Position numbers and translations under genes: made by a program. From positions 325,062-389,061 of the forward strand of contig CP066698.1 of the NCBI GenBank assembly GCA_016432645.1: a DNA stretch of 64,000 nt, given 5' to 3'. Of this stretch, positions 9,990 through 18,655 are shown one piece after another. The notes under the pieces are model-generated. The model ran no database searches. It worked only from the letters and a program-made list of their open reading frames with translations, and was not told where the DNA came from. The DNA is from Candidatus Falkowbacteria bacterium (GTDB lineage: Bacteria; Patescibacteriota; Patescibacteriia; Patescibacteriales; UBA12465). How positions within the stretch are numbered: position 1 is the first letter of the stretch; each line of letters opens with the position of its first letter.

Positions 9990-10018
9990 TTGACAAAAAC
10001 GAAGAAATAGTATATAAT
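9990..10018 (+). promoter_or_regulatory. Consensus sigma-70-type promoter: TTGACA-N17-TATAAT
   Basis: TTGACA at 9990-9995, a 17-nt spacer, and TATAAT at 10013-10018, read directly. It lies about 70 nt upstream of the 10089 ORF. Confidence 0.7.
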
Positions 10019-10088
10019 CAAACAATAAAGTATTTTACTTTATTAGTTAAGTTCTTTTTAAAAACAAATTACAAAAAAATTTTGTATC

Positions 10089-10418
10089 ATGGACAAAGCA
10101 CAAAATGGTTTAAATGGTCATGCCACAAATGGCATGAAAAAGGTTTTAGCAGACGAAATCGCGGACAACGAAGCCGCTCAAGTGATGGATGCCATCAGGG
10201 GACACTTGCCCAAGCTCAAGGGGAAAAGTAAAGAAAAAGTGATTCAGGGGGTCACAAACTTCCTGGAAAACAACCTGAAACTGACGCATGTCAAAGTTAA
10301 CGTTGTGGAATTCGATAGTGAATTCCGAATTTTTCCATCCTTCAGTCTCAACGGCTCAGTTGTAAACAGTCCGGGGAAGATCATTCACCAAAAAGTCGCC
10401 GCCGCCGTCTATAGCTAA
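10089..10418 (+). CDS. Hypothetical small protein (109 aa)
   Basis: The ORF sits between a perfect consensus promoter and a strong terminator. No family is recognised and no SD precedes the ATG. By eye it uses more G/C-ending codons than its neighbours. Confidence 0.5.
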   Translation: MDKAQNGLNGHATNGMKKVLADEIADNEAAQVMDAIRGHLPKLKGKSKEKVIQGVTNFLENNLKLTHVKVNVVEFDSEFRIFPSFSLNGSVVNSPGKIIHQKVAAAVYS

Positions 10419-10444
10419 AATCAAAAACTTTTAAAAAACGAAAA

Positions 10445-10476
10445 TGTGGGATTGGCTCTTCAATCCCACTTTTTTT
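10445..10476. terminator. Intrinsic terminator shared by convergent genes
   Basis: Stem GTGGGATTG/CAATCCCAC (10445-10453 / 10461-10469) is followed by T7 on the plus strand, with an A-rich tract upstream. It lies at the 3' ends of the 10089 ORF and rmlA. Confidence 0.7.
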
Positions 10477-11200
10477 ATATCAACATTTTGCCGTCTAATT
10501 TTTCTTTGGCAAAATTTTGGGCTTTTAAAAGACTATCAAAAGTTCCGGCGTCCAGCCATTCACCATTTACCATGGCCACTTCTAGTTCGCCTTTTTCCAA
10601 ATACCAATTATTTACATCGGTAATTTCTAATTCCCCACGTGCCGATGGTTTCATATTTTTAGCAATTTCTACTACCCGATTATCATAAACATAAAGTCCG
10701 GTGACCGCATAATTGCTTAAAAACTCCTGCGGCTTCTCCACAATTTTTTCCGCTTTCATATCCGCGCCGAACTTAACCACGCCAAATCTCTCCGGATCAG
10801 GTACTTCTTTAGCAAAAACCTTAGCGCCGCCCTTAAAATTTTTTAAGTCTTCCGAAAAATCATCTTCAAAAATATTGTCGCCCAGAATCATAGCGACACT
10901 TTCATCGTCAATAAAATTCTGACCGATAATAAATGCCTGGGCCAAGCCTTCCGGTTTGTCTTGAATTTCATAAGTAAACTTAACGCCAAACTCTTTGCCG
11001 GAACCAAGCAAATTAAGATAATCCCCTGCTCTTTCCGGCGCGACAATAATCATGATTTCTTTAATGCCGGCTTGAATAAGAGTATTAAGCGGATAATAAA
11101 TCATCGGCCGGTTATAAATCGGCAATAATTGCTTGCTAGTAATCTTGGTAAGCGGACGCAGTCTAGTGCCGCTGCCGCCGGATAAAATTATCCCTCTCAT
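10475..11200 (-). CDS. rfbA: Glucose-1-phosphate thymidylyltransferase (short form)
   Basis: MRGIILSGGSGTRLRPLTKITSKQLLPIYNRPMIYYPL is the canonical RmlA N-terminus. 241 aa. Confidence 0.9.
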   Translation of the reverse strand: MRGIILSGGSGTRLRPLTKITSKQLLPIYNRPMIYYPLNTLIQAGIKEIMIIVAPERAGDYLNLLGSGKEFGVKFTYEIQDKPEGLAQAFIIGQNFIDDESVAMILGDNIFEDDFSEDLKNFKGGAKVFAKEVPDPERFGVVKFGADMKAEKIVEKPQEFLSNYAVTGLYVYDNRVVEIAKNMKPSARGELEITDVNNWYLEKGELEVAMVNGEWLDAGTFDSLLKAQNFAKEKLDGKMLI

Positions 11201-11204
11201 ATAT

Positions 11205-12065
11205 TTATAGATTATTTAAATATTCTCGCAGCGCCTCTTGATAGGGGCGTAATTTTTTAACCTTATTATTTTGCAGAACGGAAAATTTAGGACGTCTGGC
11301 CGGCCGCGTTAAATCTTCGCTGCGAATCGGCCTAACGGCTACTTTTTGTTTTAATAATTGAAATAGCTCCAAAGCGCCCTCATACCAAGTCACCGCCCCT
11401 TCGTTTATTAGGTGATAAATGCCATAAACAGCCTTAGAAGAAATTAAGCGGGCCGTAGCGGCCGCTAAATCGGGCGTATAGGTAAAGCAGCTAAGTTCTT
11501 CATTGACTACCGTTAATTCTTTATTATCTTGCGATAATTTAAACATAATGTCAAAAAAGCTAGGCTTAGCTTGCGGACTGCCTCCCTGAGGACCAAATAA
11601 CTTAGAGGTTCTAATTAAATAATATTTCAAACCATTTTCCGCTTGTTTTAAAATTTCCCGCTCGCCTAAAAATTTACTCTCGCCATATTTATTTATCGGA
11701 TTAGGCGTATCATTTTCGGAAAATTCTTTTTTAGTTTCCAGGCCGTTAAAAACATAATCGGTGGAATAATGGATTAACAGAAAATTAAATTGCAAAGCTA
11801 ATTGCGCTAATCGCGCCGGCAACTCACAGTTAAGAGCCAGGGCGGTTTCATATAATTTTTTATCTTCACAATTATCAACTGCATTATAGGCCACGCAATT
11901 TATTAAAATATCCGGCCTGATATCTTTGAGTATATTTAAAAGCGCGTTCTCATCAAGAACATCAAAATCAACCCGGTCAAACACTGATAATTCGTGATCG
12001 CGTTCTAAAGTTTGCGCTAGTTGTGAACCGAGATTGCCCAATCCTCCTAAAATTACTATTTTCAT
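11205..12065 (-). CDS. rfbD: dTDP-4-dehydrorhamnose reductase
   Basis: MKIVILGGLGNLGSQL Rossmann start, a YSTDYVFNG catalytic-region motif, 286 aa, and adjacency to rmlA. Confidence 0.85.
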   Translation of the reverse strand: MKIVILGGLGNLGSQLAQTLERDHELSVFDRVDFDVLDENALLNILKDIRPDILINCVAYNAVDNCEDKKLYETALALNCELPARLAQLALQFNFLLIHYSTDYVFNGLETKKEFSENDTPNPINKYGESKFLGEREILKQAENGLKYYLIRTSKLFGPQGGSPQAKPSFFDIMFKLSQDNKELTVVNEELSCFTYTPDLAAATARLISSKAVYGIYHLINEGAVTWYEGALELFQLLKQKVAVRPIRSEDLTRPARRPKFSVLQNNKVKKLRPYQEALREYLNNL

Positions 12066-12073
12066 AAATTATT

Positions 12074-13360
12074 TTATAAGTTCCATTCTTTTCCCTGGCG
12101 AACAAGCAGCTGAGCTGCCTTTTCCGGCTCGGCCATTAATTCTTTGACAATTTTTTCCAAGCGCATTCCCTGCGATCCTTTGATTAGCATCACGTCACCC
12201 TCTCTAACCCGATTTTGCAAGAAATGTCCCGCCTCCTCCGCATTATCAAAATAAAACAGCTGTTCATCATCGCTGCCGGCATCCTTAGCTCCTCTAATAA
12301 AATCACGGGCGCGCTCACCGATGGCCACTAAAAAATCAATTTTTTCCCGACAAACCTTTTGGCCAACTAGTTGATGACCCTCTTCGGTATAAGCGCCAAT
12401 TTCCAGCATATCGCCTAAGACGGCGTATTTATGAGCCGAAGTATCAATATTAATTTTGCTTAAAATATTAACGGCGGAAATAGCGGCTTCCGGCGAAGAA
12501 TTATAAGTGTCGTCAATTATAAAAGAATGCTTTATTCCCGGAAGCAAATTCATTCTTCCCGGAGGCAAGCTAAAATCACTTAAGGCGGCAGCAATTTCAA
12601 CTAAATTCATCTTAAAATATAAGCCGACGGCGGCGGCAGCCAAAGCGGCATAAATTGCCGGCTCCGACATGACATTCTTTAAAAATACCGGCACGATTGA
12701 ACCCTCATCATTTAGTTTAAAATGGATTCCCGATAATTCATAAGAATCGCGAGTAAAATTATAATTAATATCCTGGGCCTGTAAATTGGCACTATTTTTA
12801 AGGCCATAGCTTAAAATCTTTGCCCGGGAAATTGCGGCCATGTCTTTAACGTCTTCGCTGTCATAATTTAAAATCGCCAATCCCTGCTTATCAAGCTTTT
12901 CAATCAACACTTGCTTTTCTTTTTTAATATTTTGCAAACTGCCAAAATATTCTAAGTGAGAATAACTGACGGCCGTCACAATCGCCACATCAACTTTAAC
13001 GATGGAAAGCAAATACTCCATGTCGCCGGGACGATCAACCCCCATTTCTAAAATTAAAATCTCGGGATAATTTTTATCTTTAAAAATAAGCAATTTCAGC
13101 ACCTTATTAAAAACCGACAACCAACCGATTAAATTCGCCCCTGGTGATTCCGTGCCAATAATAGCTAACGGAACGCCAATTTCGTTATTGTAATTTTTTA
13201 AGCTGGCTCGGACTTTAAATTTCTTGTTTAAAATATGATATACCGCTTCCTTGGCACTACTCTTGCCGATAGAGCCGGTAATACCAACAATCTGCGGCTG
13301 ATATTTTTTAAGCAGCAGCTTGGCGGCAATCTTCAGTTTTAATTTTAAAATCCGGTTCAT
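12074..13360 (-). CDS. murF: UDP-N-acetylmuramoyl-tripeptide--D-alanyl-D-alanine ligase
   Basis: VGITGSIGKSSAKE P-loop, EMGVDRPGDMEYL and DDTYNSSPEAA motifs, and a position downstream of ftsI. Confidence 0.85.
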   Translation of the reverse strand: MNRILKLKLKIAAKLLLKKYQPQIVGITGSIGKSSAKEAVYHILNKKFKVRASLKNYNNEIGVPLAIIGTESPGANLIGWLSVFNKVLKLLIFKDKNYPEILILEMGVDRPGDMEYLLSIVKVDVAIVTAVSYSHLEYFGSLQNIKKEKQVLIEKLDKQGLAILNYDSEDVKDMAAISRAKILSYGLKNSANLQAQDINYNFTRDSYELSGIHFKLNDEGSIVPVFLKNVMSEPAIYAALAAAAVGLYFKMNLVEIAAALSDFSLPPGRMNLLPGIKHSFIIDDTYNSSPEAAISAVNILSKINIDTSAHKYAVLGDMLEIGAYTEEGHQLVGQKVCREKIDFLVAIGERARDFIRGAKDAGSDDEQLFYFDNAEEAGHFLQNRVREGDVMLIKGSQGMRLEKIVKELMAEPEKAAQLLVRQGKEWNL

Positions 13361-13363
13361 ATA

Positions 13364-15319
13364 TTATCTAGTCTTAGGAACGGCATAATAGTTTAAAATA
13401 AAATCGGCAATCTCGCGCCACAAAGGCGCAGCGGAACCTTCGGCAAATTGAACATCTTGAGGACGGTCAATTTTAGTCAGCATCACAAAAACCGGATCTT
13501 CAATCGGTGCAATGCCAATAAAAGTATGGATATATTCATTGGCGCTGTAACCGCCAATAGTCGCCACTTGCGCCGTTCCGGTTTTAGCGCCAATATAATA
13601 ACCTTCAATAGCCGCTTTTTTAGAATGTCCTTGTTCAACCACATTAACCAACATGGCCGAAACAGTGGCGGCGGTTTTTTCGGAAATTATCCGGCCGGAT
13701 TGTTTAGGCGCAGTATTTTCAATAATTCCATTAGCTTTAACAATACTTTTAACAATATAAGGCTTCATCATCATTCCCTTATTAGCAATTGCTTGATAAG
13801 GCATTAGCATCTGTAACGGAGTAACGGCCAACCCTTGCCCGAAAGAGGCTGTGGCGGCGTCAATGTTGCGAATCTTATTTGTTAATAAATTAGCAATGCT
13901 GCCAGGACTCTCTGAGCCTAATTCAACCCCAGTTTTCTCGCCAAAACCGAATTTTTTTACATAATCGGCGAACACTTTAGGGCCGACTTGATTCATGGCA
14001 AAAATAGCTCCGGTATTTAGAGAATTATCCAAAACGGCAGTCATGTCAACCACTCCGTGCGGTCCATGAGTAGAAAAATCGGAATTTTTAATCGGCTTGG
14101 GCCAACCGTCAATCATTATCTGGCCCTTATCATTATACGTAGTAGATGGCGAAACCTTTCCTTGATCAATCGCAATCGCCATCGTCACAGTCTTAAAAAC
14201 CGAACCCGGCTCATACTGATAAAAAATAGCCGGATTATTATAATAGGAAATATTCTTAACATTCTTATAGTCATTAGGATTAAAATCAGGAACGGAGCAC
14301 ATGGCAATAATCGCCCCGGTTTTAGGATTCATCACAATCACCGAGCCGCCGCTAGCGCCATGTTTGTCTACGGCCTCCTGCAATTTCTGGCAGGCCATAA
14401 ACTCAATATTGCGATCAATGGTTAAAATAATATCACTGCCGGCTTCCGGCTTAATATATTCACGGTCATTGACAATCATTACGCTGCCCGCGCCGCCTTT
14501 TTCAGTTTTAAGAGAACCATATTTTCCAAATAACTCTTCATTAAAAAATTCTTCCAAACCATACTTGCCCTGCCCTTCGCCATCGTTATAAGTCACAAAA
14601 CCTAAAAGCTGAGAAGCGATTTCCTTTTCCGGATAAAAACGATAGGGCTGCAAATCAAAACCTAGGCCAGGAATATCAAATTCCTTAGTGGCATCATTCT
14701 TATAAACTAATTGGCCGAGCTTGAGTTCCAATTCCTCCGGTTTAACCGTGGGCGCGGAGGAAGTAGAGTTGGCATCGGCTGATAAATAAGAATATAGTTT
14801 TATTAATTCCTCACCATCAAGCTTGCTGACTAAAGGCTCATAGGGGTCGCCTGGCTTATCGGTCTTTTTTAAATATTTGGCAATAATTTCTTCTTTAGTG
14901 GAGGTGGAAATAATAATTTCCGTACCGGTCGCCTGCTGTTTCTTCAATTCTGCTTCCAATTTAGGCTTGTCAAAAAAATTATATAACTTCTCCGCCAGTA
15001 CCGCCGGGTTAATAACTTCCAAGGGGACAATAAAAACTTCCGCAAATTCCTTATTGGTGGCCAGCGGATACAGCTTTTCGTTGCCATCCTGCGACCGCTC
15101 GCCAAAAAATATTTTCCCTCTTTCCGGAACTAACTTGCTATAAATTTGATGCTGCGACGAAGCCATCGCTGTGTACATGTCAAACTGGCCGATTTGCACG
15201 CTATATAATTTATAAATGAGAGACCCGATCAATAAAAAAATAACCGCCACGACAAGACGTAAACGATTATTATTTACCGCGATATTCGAACGGTTTTTGT
15301 GCTTAGTGTCTCGCCACAT
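13364..15319 (-). CDS. ftsI: Penicillin-binding protein 2 / FtsI-type transpeptidase
   Basis: N-terminal TM helix, SxxK (PGSVFKT), SxN-like (LDNSLNTG) and KTG (GAKTGTAQ) motifs, within the dcw context. Confidence 0.85.
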   Translation of the reverse strand: MWRDTKHKNRSNIAVNNNRLRLVVAVIFLLIGSLIYKLYSVQIGQFDMYTAMASSQHQIYSKLVPERGKIFFGERSQDGNEKLYPLATNKEFAEVFIVPLEVINPAVLAEKLYNFFDKPKLEAELKKQQATGTEIIISTSTKEEIIAKYLKKTDKPGDPYEPLVSKLDGEELIKLYSYLSADANSTSSAPTVKPEELELKLGQLVYKNDATKEFDIPGLGFDLQPYRFYPEKEIASQLLGFVTYNDGEGQGKYGLEEFFNEELFGKYGSLKTEKGGAGSVMIVNDREYIKPEAGSDIILTIDRNIEFMACQKLQEAVDKHGASGGSVIVMNPKTGAIIAMCSVPDFNPNDYKNVKNISYYNNPAIFYQYEPGSVFKTVTMAIAIDQGKVSPSTTYNDKGQIMIDGWPKPIKNSDFSTHGPHGVVDMTAVLDNSLNTGAIFAMNQVGPKVFADYVKKFGFGEKTGVELGSESPGSIANLLTNKIRNIDAATASFGQGLAVTPLQMLMPYQAIANKGMMMKPYIVKSIVKANGIIENTAPKQSGRIISEKTAATVSAMLVNVVEQGHSKKAAIEGYYIGAKTGTAQVATIGGYSANEYIHTFIGIAPIEDPVFVMLTKIDRPQDVQFAEGSAAPLWREIADFILNYYAVPKTR

Positions 15320-15352
15320 AAAAAAATCTTATCTGCCTTAACCGCCGACTTC

Positions 15353-15694
15353 TTATTTTTTAGCAACTACATGGCCACCGGTTGATAAATATTCAATATC
15401 GCTTATTTTAACCATATTTAAGCTTTGAGCCCGAGAGTTTAAAGCATAATATGATTGCAAAGCATCAACCTGCTGTTCATTATCCAATTTTTCCGCCGCT
15501 AAGCTGGCAGATTGTATTTTTAATTCTTGCAAAACAAATCCTTTAACTGTCAAATCGCTGATATTCAATAAATGGCAAAAACCCAAAGAAAAAATTAACG
15601 CGAACAGCGACAAATTAAAAATTCGCAGATTCAAAGAATGTTTAACGGTCCGCGGTTTTAACTGTCCACTATAACAATTTACCATTTTGGTCAT
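15353..15694 (-). CDS. ftsL: FtsL-like cell-division membrane protein
   Basis: 113 aa with a single TM helix (LSLFALIFSLGFCHLL) followed by a coiled-coil-like segment. The call rests mainly on position between rsmH and ftsI. Confidence 0.45.
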   Translation of the reverse strand: MTKMVNCYSGQLKPRTVKHSLNLRIFNLSLFALIFSLGFCHLLNISDLTVKGFVLQELKIQSASLAAEKLDNEQQVDALQSYYALNSRAQSLNMVKISDIEYLSTGGHVVAKK

Positions 15695-15728
15695 AGGATT
15701 TATTTTTATATCTTAATTTAAAAATTAT

Positions 15729-16616
15729 CTAATTTTTAGCCGCCGCCCTCAGTTTAGCGCTCCGGGCTCGCGGGTTGGCTTCAACTTCAGCGTCGCTAGG
15801 AACAAGCGGTCTTTTGGTAATAACAGTTACTGCCGGGTTATCTTTTAAAAATCTTTTAACAATGCGATCTTCGCCGCTATGGAAAGAAACAACTACCAGG
15901 CGGCCATTTTTTTCTAAAAGCGCAAGTGCTTGCGGCAAAGCTTCAGCTAAATTTTTAAGCTCTTCGTTGGTCTCCATCCTCAAGGCTTGAAATATTCTGG
16001 TAGCTGGATGGATGCGCCTGCGAAAACGAAACGGGATACGCGCTTCAATAATAGCGACTAGCTCCGCAGTGGTATTTATATTTTTAAGCTTGCGAGCTTC
16101 GACAATAGCTTGGGCAATCTGATAAGCCATTTTCTCTTCGCCATACTCTCGAAAAATCCTGGTTAATTCTAAAAGTGAATATTTATTTACAATACTGACA
16201 GTGGCATTATCTATTTCTGGGCCAAATGCCATATCGAGCGGCCGTTCGCCCTTAAAAGAAAAACCGCGCTCAATATCTTCTAGTTGAAAACTGGAAAGTC
16301 CTAAATCAAAAACCATGCCGTCAAACTTAACTTTCTCCCCGAAAATTTTCGTAGCAATCGCTTTTAAATTTTTAAAATTACCCTGGACTAAATTAATATT
16401 TTTCAAACCCTGTTCCTTGATTTTTAATTCAGCGTTCTTAATCGCATTCCCGTCCAAATCAGTGCTTAACACTTGGCCTTTGGGCCCGATGCCTTTAGCA
16501 ATTGCCAAGGTATAACCCGCGCCACCCAAAGTTCCGTCTAAATACCTTCCACCCGGTTTAAGTTTAAGCAGTTCCAAGACTTCAGCGAGCATGACCGGTA
16601 TGTGTTGATATTCCAT
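15729..16616 (-). CDS. rsmH: 16S rRNA (cytosine1402-N4)-methyltransferase
   Basis: HIPVMLAEVLELL, DGTLGGAGY, FDLGLSSFQL and SFHSGEDRIVK motifs. Confidence 0.9.
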   Translation of the reverse strand: MEYQHIPVMLAEVLELLKLKPGGRYLDGTLGGAGYTLAIAKGIGPKGQVLSTDLDGNAIKNAELKIKEQGLKNINLVQGNFKNLKAIATKIFGEKVKFDGMVFDLGLSSFQLEDIERGFSFKGERPLDMAFGPEIDNATVSIVNKYSLLELTRIFREYGEEKMAYQIAQAIVEARKLKNINTTAELVAIIEARIPFRFRRRIHPATRIFQALRMETNEELKNLAEALPQALALLEKNGRLVVVSFHSGEDRIVKRFLKDNPAVTVITKRPLVPSDAEVEANPRARSAKLRAAAKN

Positions 16617-16617
16617 A

Positions 16618-17049
16618 TTAGATACCCAAATCGCCTAGCTCTTCAGCAATAGCATTACTGTTCTTTTCCGATTCAGTCTTATATTTATTCCAAGCGCTTT
16701 CATCCCAAATTTCCAAATGGTTATATAATCCGGCAACAATCGTTTTCTTTTTTAAAGCGGAAAACTTTCTTAAATATTCAGGCAAAGTTATGCGCCCTTG
16801 ATTATCAAAGTCGACTTCCATGGCTCCCGCTAACATGTGGCGGGCAAAAGCACGGGCGCGCGCTTGACTAAGAGGCAAAGCGGCGAATTTTTTGGCGATA
16901 GCTTCAAATTGTTCTTTGGAATATAAAAAAAGACAGTTGTCCAAGCCTTTGGTTACAACTGCACCCTTTTTTAAGATAGCACGAAACTTAGCAGGAATTG
17001 CTAAGCGGCCCTTTTCATCTAAATTGTGATTGTATTCTCCAATAAACAT
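16618..17049 (-). CDS. mraZ: Transcriptional regulator MraZ
   Basis: The canonical start MFIGEYNHNLDEKGRLAIPAKFR is at ATG 17049. The track's upstream extension to 17148 would run through the promoter. A second DxxGR repeat (FDNQGRITLP) is present. Confidence 0.9.
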   Translation of the reverse strand: MFIGEYNHNLDEKGRLAIPAKFRAILKKGAVVTKGLDNCLFLYSKEQFEAIAKKFAALPLSQARARAFARHMLAGAMEVDFDNQGRITLPEYLRKFSALKKKTIVAGLYNHLEIWDESAWNKYKTESEKNSNAIAEELGDLGI

Positions 17050-17116
17050 GGTTATTCTTGGGTGAAGGAATTTAATAAAATCACCTCCATTCCCCACAAT
17101 TTGCCTTACAAGTTTA

Positions 17117-17145
17117 ATTATACACCACCAGCCCCCTAGGGTCAA
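17117..17145 (-). promoter_or_regulatory. dcw-cluster promoter: TTGACC-N17-TATAAT
   Basis: The reverse complement of 17140-17145 is TTGACC and of 17117-17122 is TATAAT, with a 17-nt spacer. It lies about 60 nt upstream of the mraZ ATG. Confidence 0.65.
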
Positions 17146-17180
17146 CACTTTAATTTACTTTAAAATAAGAGAAAAACTAA

Positions 17181-17209
17181 TAAAAAAAGCCACTTATCAA
17201 CAAGTGGCT
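17181..17209 (-). terminator. Intrinsic terminator after tsaB
   Basis: A perfect 8-bp stem AGCCACTT/AAGTGGCT (17188-17195 / 17202-17209) is followed on the minus strand by a U7 run. Confidence 0.65.
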
Positions 17210-17278
17210 AAAAATATAAAAATTTTATATTAATTTTGGCTCCAAGTTTTCAACAAGTAACGCACAGGCCGTCAAGAC

Positions 17279-17659
17279 TTAAAAAACCGTCTTTTTTGGC
17301 TGGCCGATATTAGGCTCAGAATCATAAACCGGCTCAATCAGCGAATATCCCGAAAAGATTTTATCAGCCTTTTTTGTTTCTTCCGAGATAACCGGAACCT
17401 TTAAAGCATAGCCAAGCGCGTTGGCGGTAACTACACCGATACGCAAGGAAGTAAAACTGCCGCCGCGGCTGGCTACCATAATTTTTTTTATATCCGACAA
17501 TTTGAATCTATTAGTTTTTAATAACTTATCAATTGCCGGCAATAATTTTTCTGCCTGGCGATGAGCAAACTTAAATTTTCTGGAAACAATTTTTTTATTG
17601 TCAATAATTAAAGCAATAACAGTTTCCGCTTGCGAGGCAGTATTTATATAAAGGGTCAT
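17279..17659 (-). CDS. tsaB: tRNA t6A37 biosynthesis protein TsaB, short single-domain form
   Basis: TLYINTASQ...IMVASRGGSFTSLRIGVVTANALGYALKVPV matches the N-terminal domain of TsaB/YeaZ. It is only 126 aa, and its start overlaps the dus stop by 4 nt. Confidence 0.7.
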   Translation of the reverse strand: MTLYINTASQAETVIALIIDNKKIVSRKFKFAHRQAEKLLPAIDKLLKTNRFKLSDIKKIMVASRGGSFTSLRIGVVTANALGYALKVPVISEETKKADKIFSGYSLIEPVYDSEPNIGQPKKTVF

Positions 17660-18654
17660 ATAGTTGTTTGATACTCTTTGATAATTTTCTTTAAATCGCT
17701 GAGGCTTTCTACTTTTACCAATTGCTCGCGCAAACGGCTGGCGCCTGGCAGAGATTTAACATACCAGACTAAATGTTTGCGCAACTCAATAATAGCCCCC
17801 GAGCCTTTTATTTTTTCTTGCAGCTGTGCTTGTTTAAACATTAATTTTAAGGTATCCGCTACCGATAAAGATATTTCTTTATTCCGCTTAATTTCTTGGA
17901 ATAGCCAGGGACGCCCTAATATTCCGCGGGCCAAACCGAGGCCATCAGCCTGGCTGGCTTTCATTATTTTTTGAGCGCCAGGCAAATCATTAATCCCGCC
18001 ATTAGCCAAAATTACTCCGGAAAAATATTTACGCGTTTTTTTTATTAATTCGCAATCAGGTTCACCGGCAAATCCCTGATTAACGCTGCGTCCGTGAATC
18101 ATCAGCGCCGCTAGCGGCAAATCGTTAAGCGTTTTTAAAAATTGCAAAGCATCAACATTACCGGACTTAGCTCGAATTTTAATGGATACCGGCAAATTGG
18201 TATTGTTTAAAACCGCCTCAATAACCGCGCGCGCTCGGGGTAAATTTTTCATCAAATCTGAACCAGCTCCCTGCTTGATAACTTTAGAGACCGGACAGCC
18301 AAAATTAATGTCAATTCCATCAGGCCTTATTTCTTTAGTAATAATTCGAGCGGCGGCGGCAAAATGTTCCGGATTGGAGCCAAAAAGCTGGACAACGTAA
18401 TACTTTTCTTTTTGGCGATTAAAATGCAAAAGTTCTAAAGTGGCGCTTTTTATTTTCTGGCGGCTAGATTTATCTTTAGCATAATCGCTATAATACAAAG
18501 CAGTCGCAGAAGCCATCTCGCTATACAAAACATCGGCCCCAAATTTTTTACAAATTTGCCGGAAGGCGGAATCGGTAAAACCGGCCATCGGCGCCAAGGC
18601 TAAAATAGGCTGTTTTTTCTTTTTTAGTTCCAACCAAAAATTTTTCTTAGGCAT
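17656..18654 (-). CDS. dusB: tRNA-dihydrouridine synthase
   Basis: LAPMAGFTDSAFRQICKKFGADVLYSEM, DINFGCP and IHGR motifs. Confidence 0.85.
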   Translation of the reverse strand: MPKKNFWLELKKKKQPILALAPMAGFTDSAFRQICKKFGADVLYSEMASATALYYSDYAKDKSSRQKIKSATLELLHFNRQKEKYYVVQLFGSNPEHFAAAARIITKEIRPDGIDINFGCPVSKVIKQGAGSDLMKNLPRARAVIEAVLNNTNLPVSIKIRAKSGNVDALQFLKTLNDLPLAALMIHGRSVNQGFAGEPDCELIKKTRKYFSGVILANGGINDLPGAQKIMKASQADGLGLARGILGRPWLFQEIKRNKEISLSVADTLKLMFKQAQLQEKIKGSGAIIELRKHLVWYVKSLPGASRLREQLVKVESLSDLKKIIKEYQTTI

Positions 18655-18655
18655 T

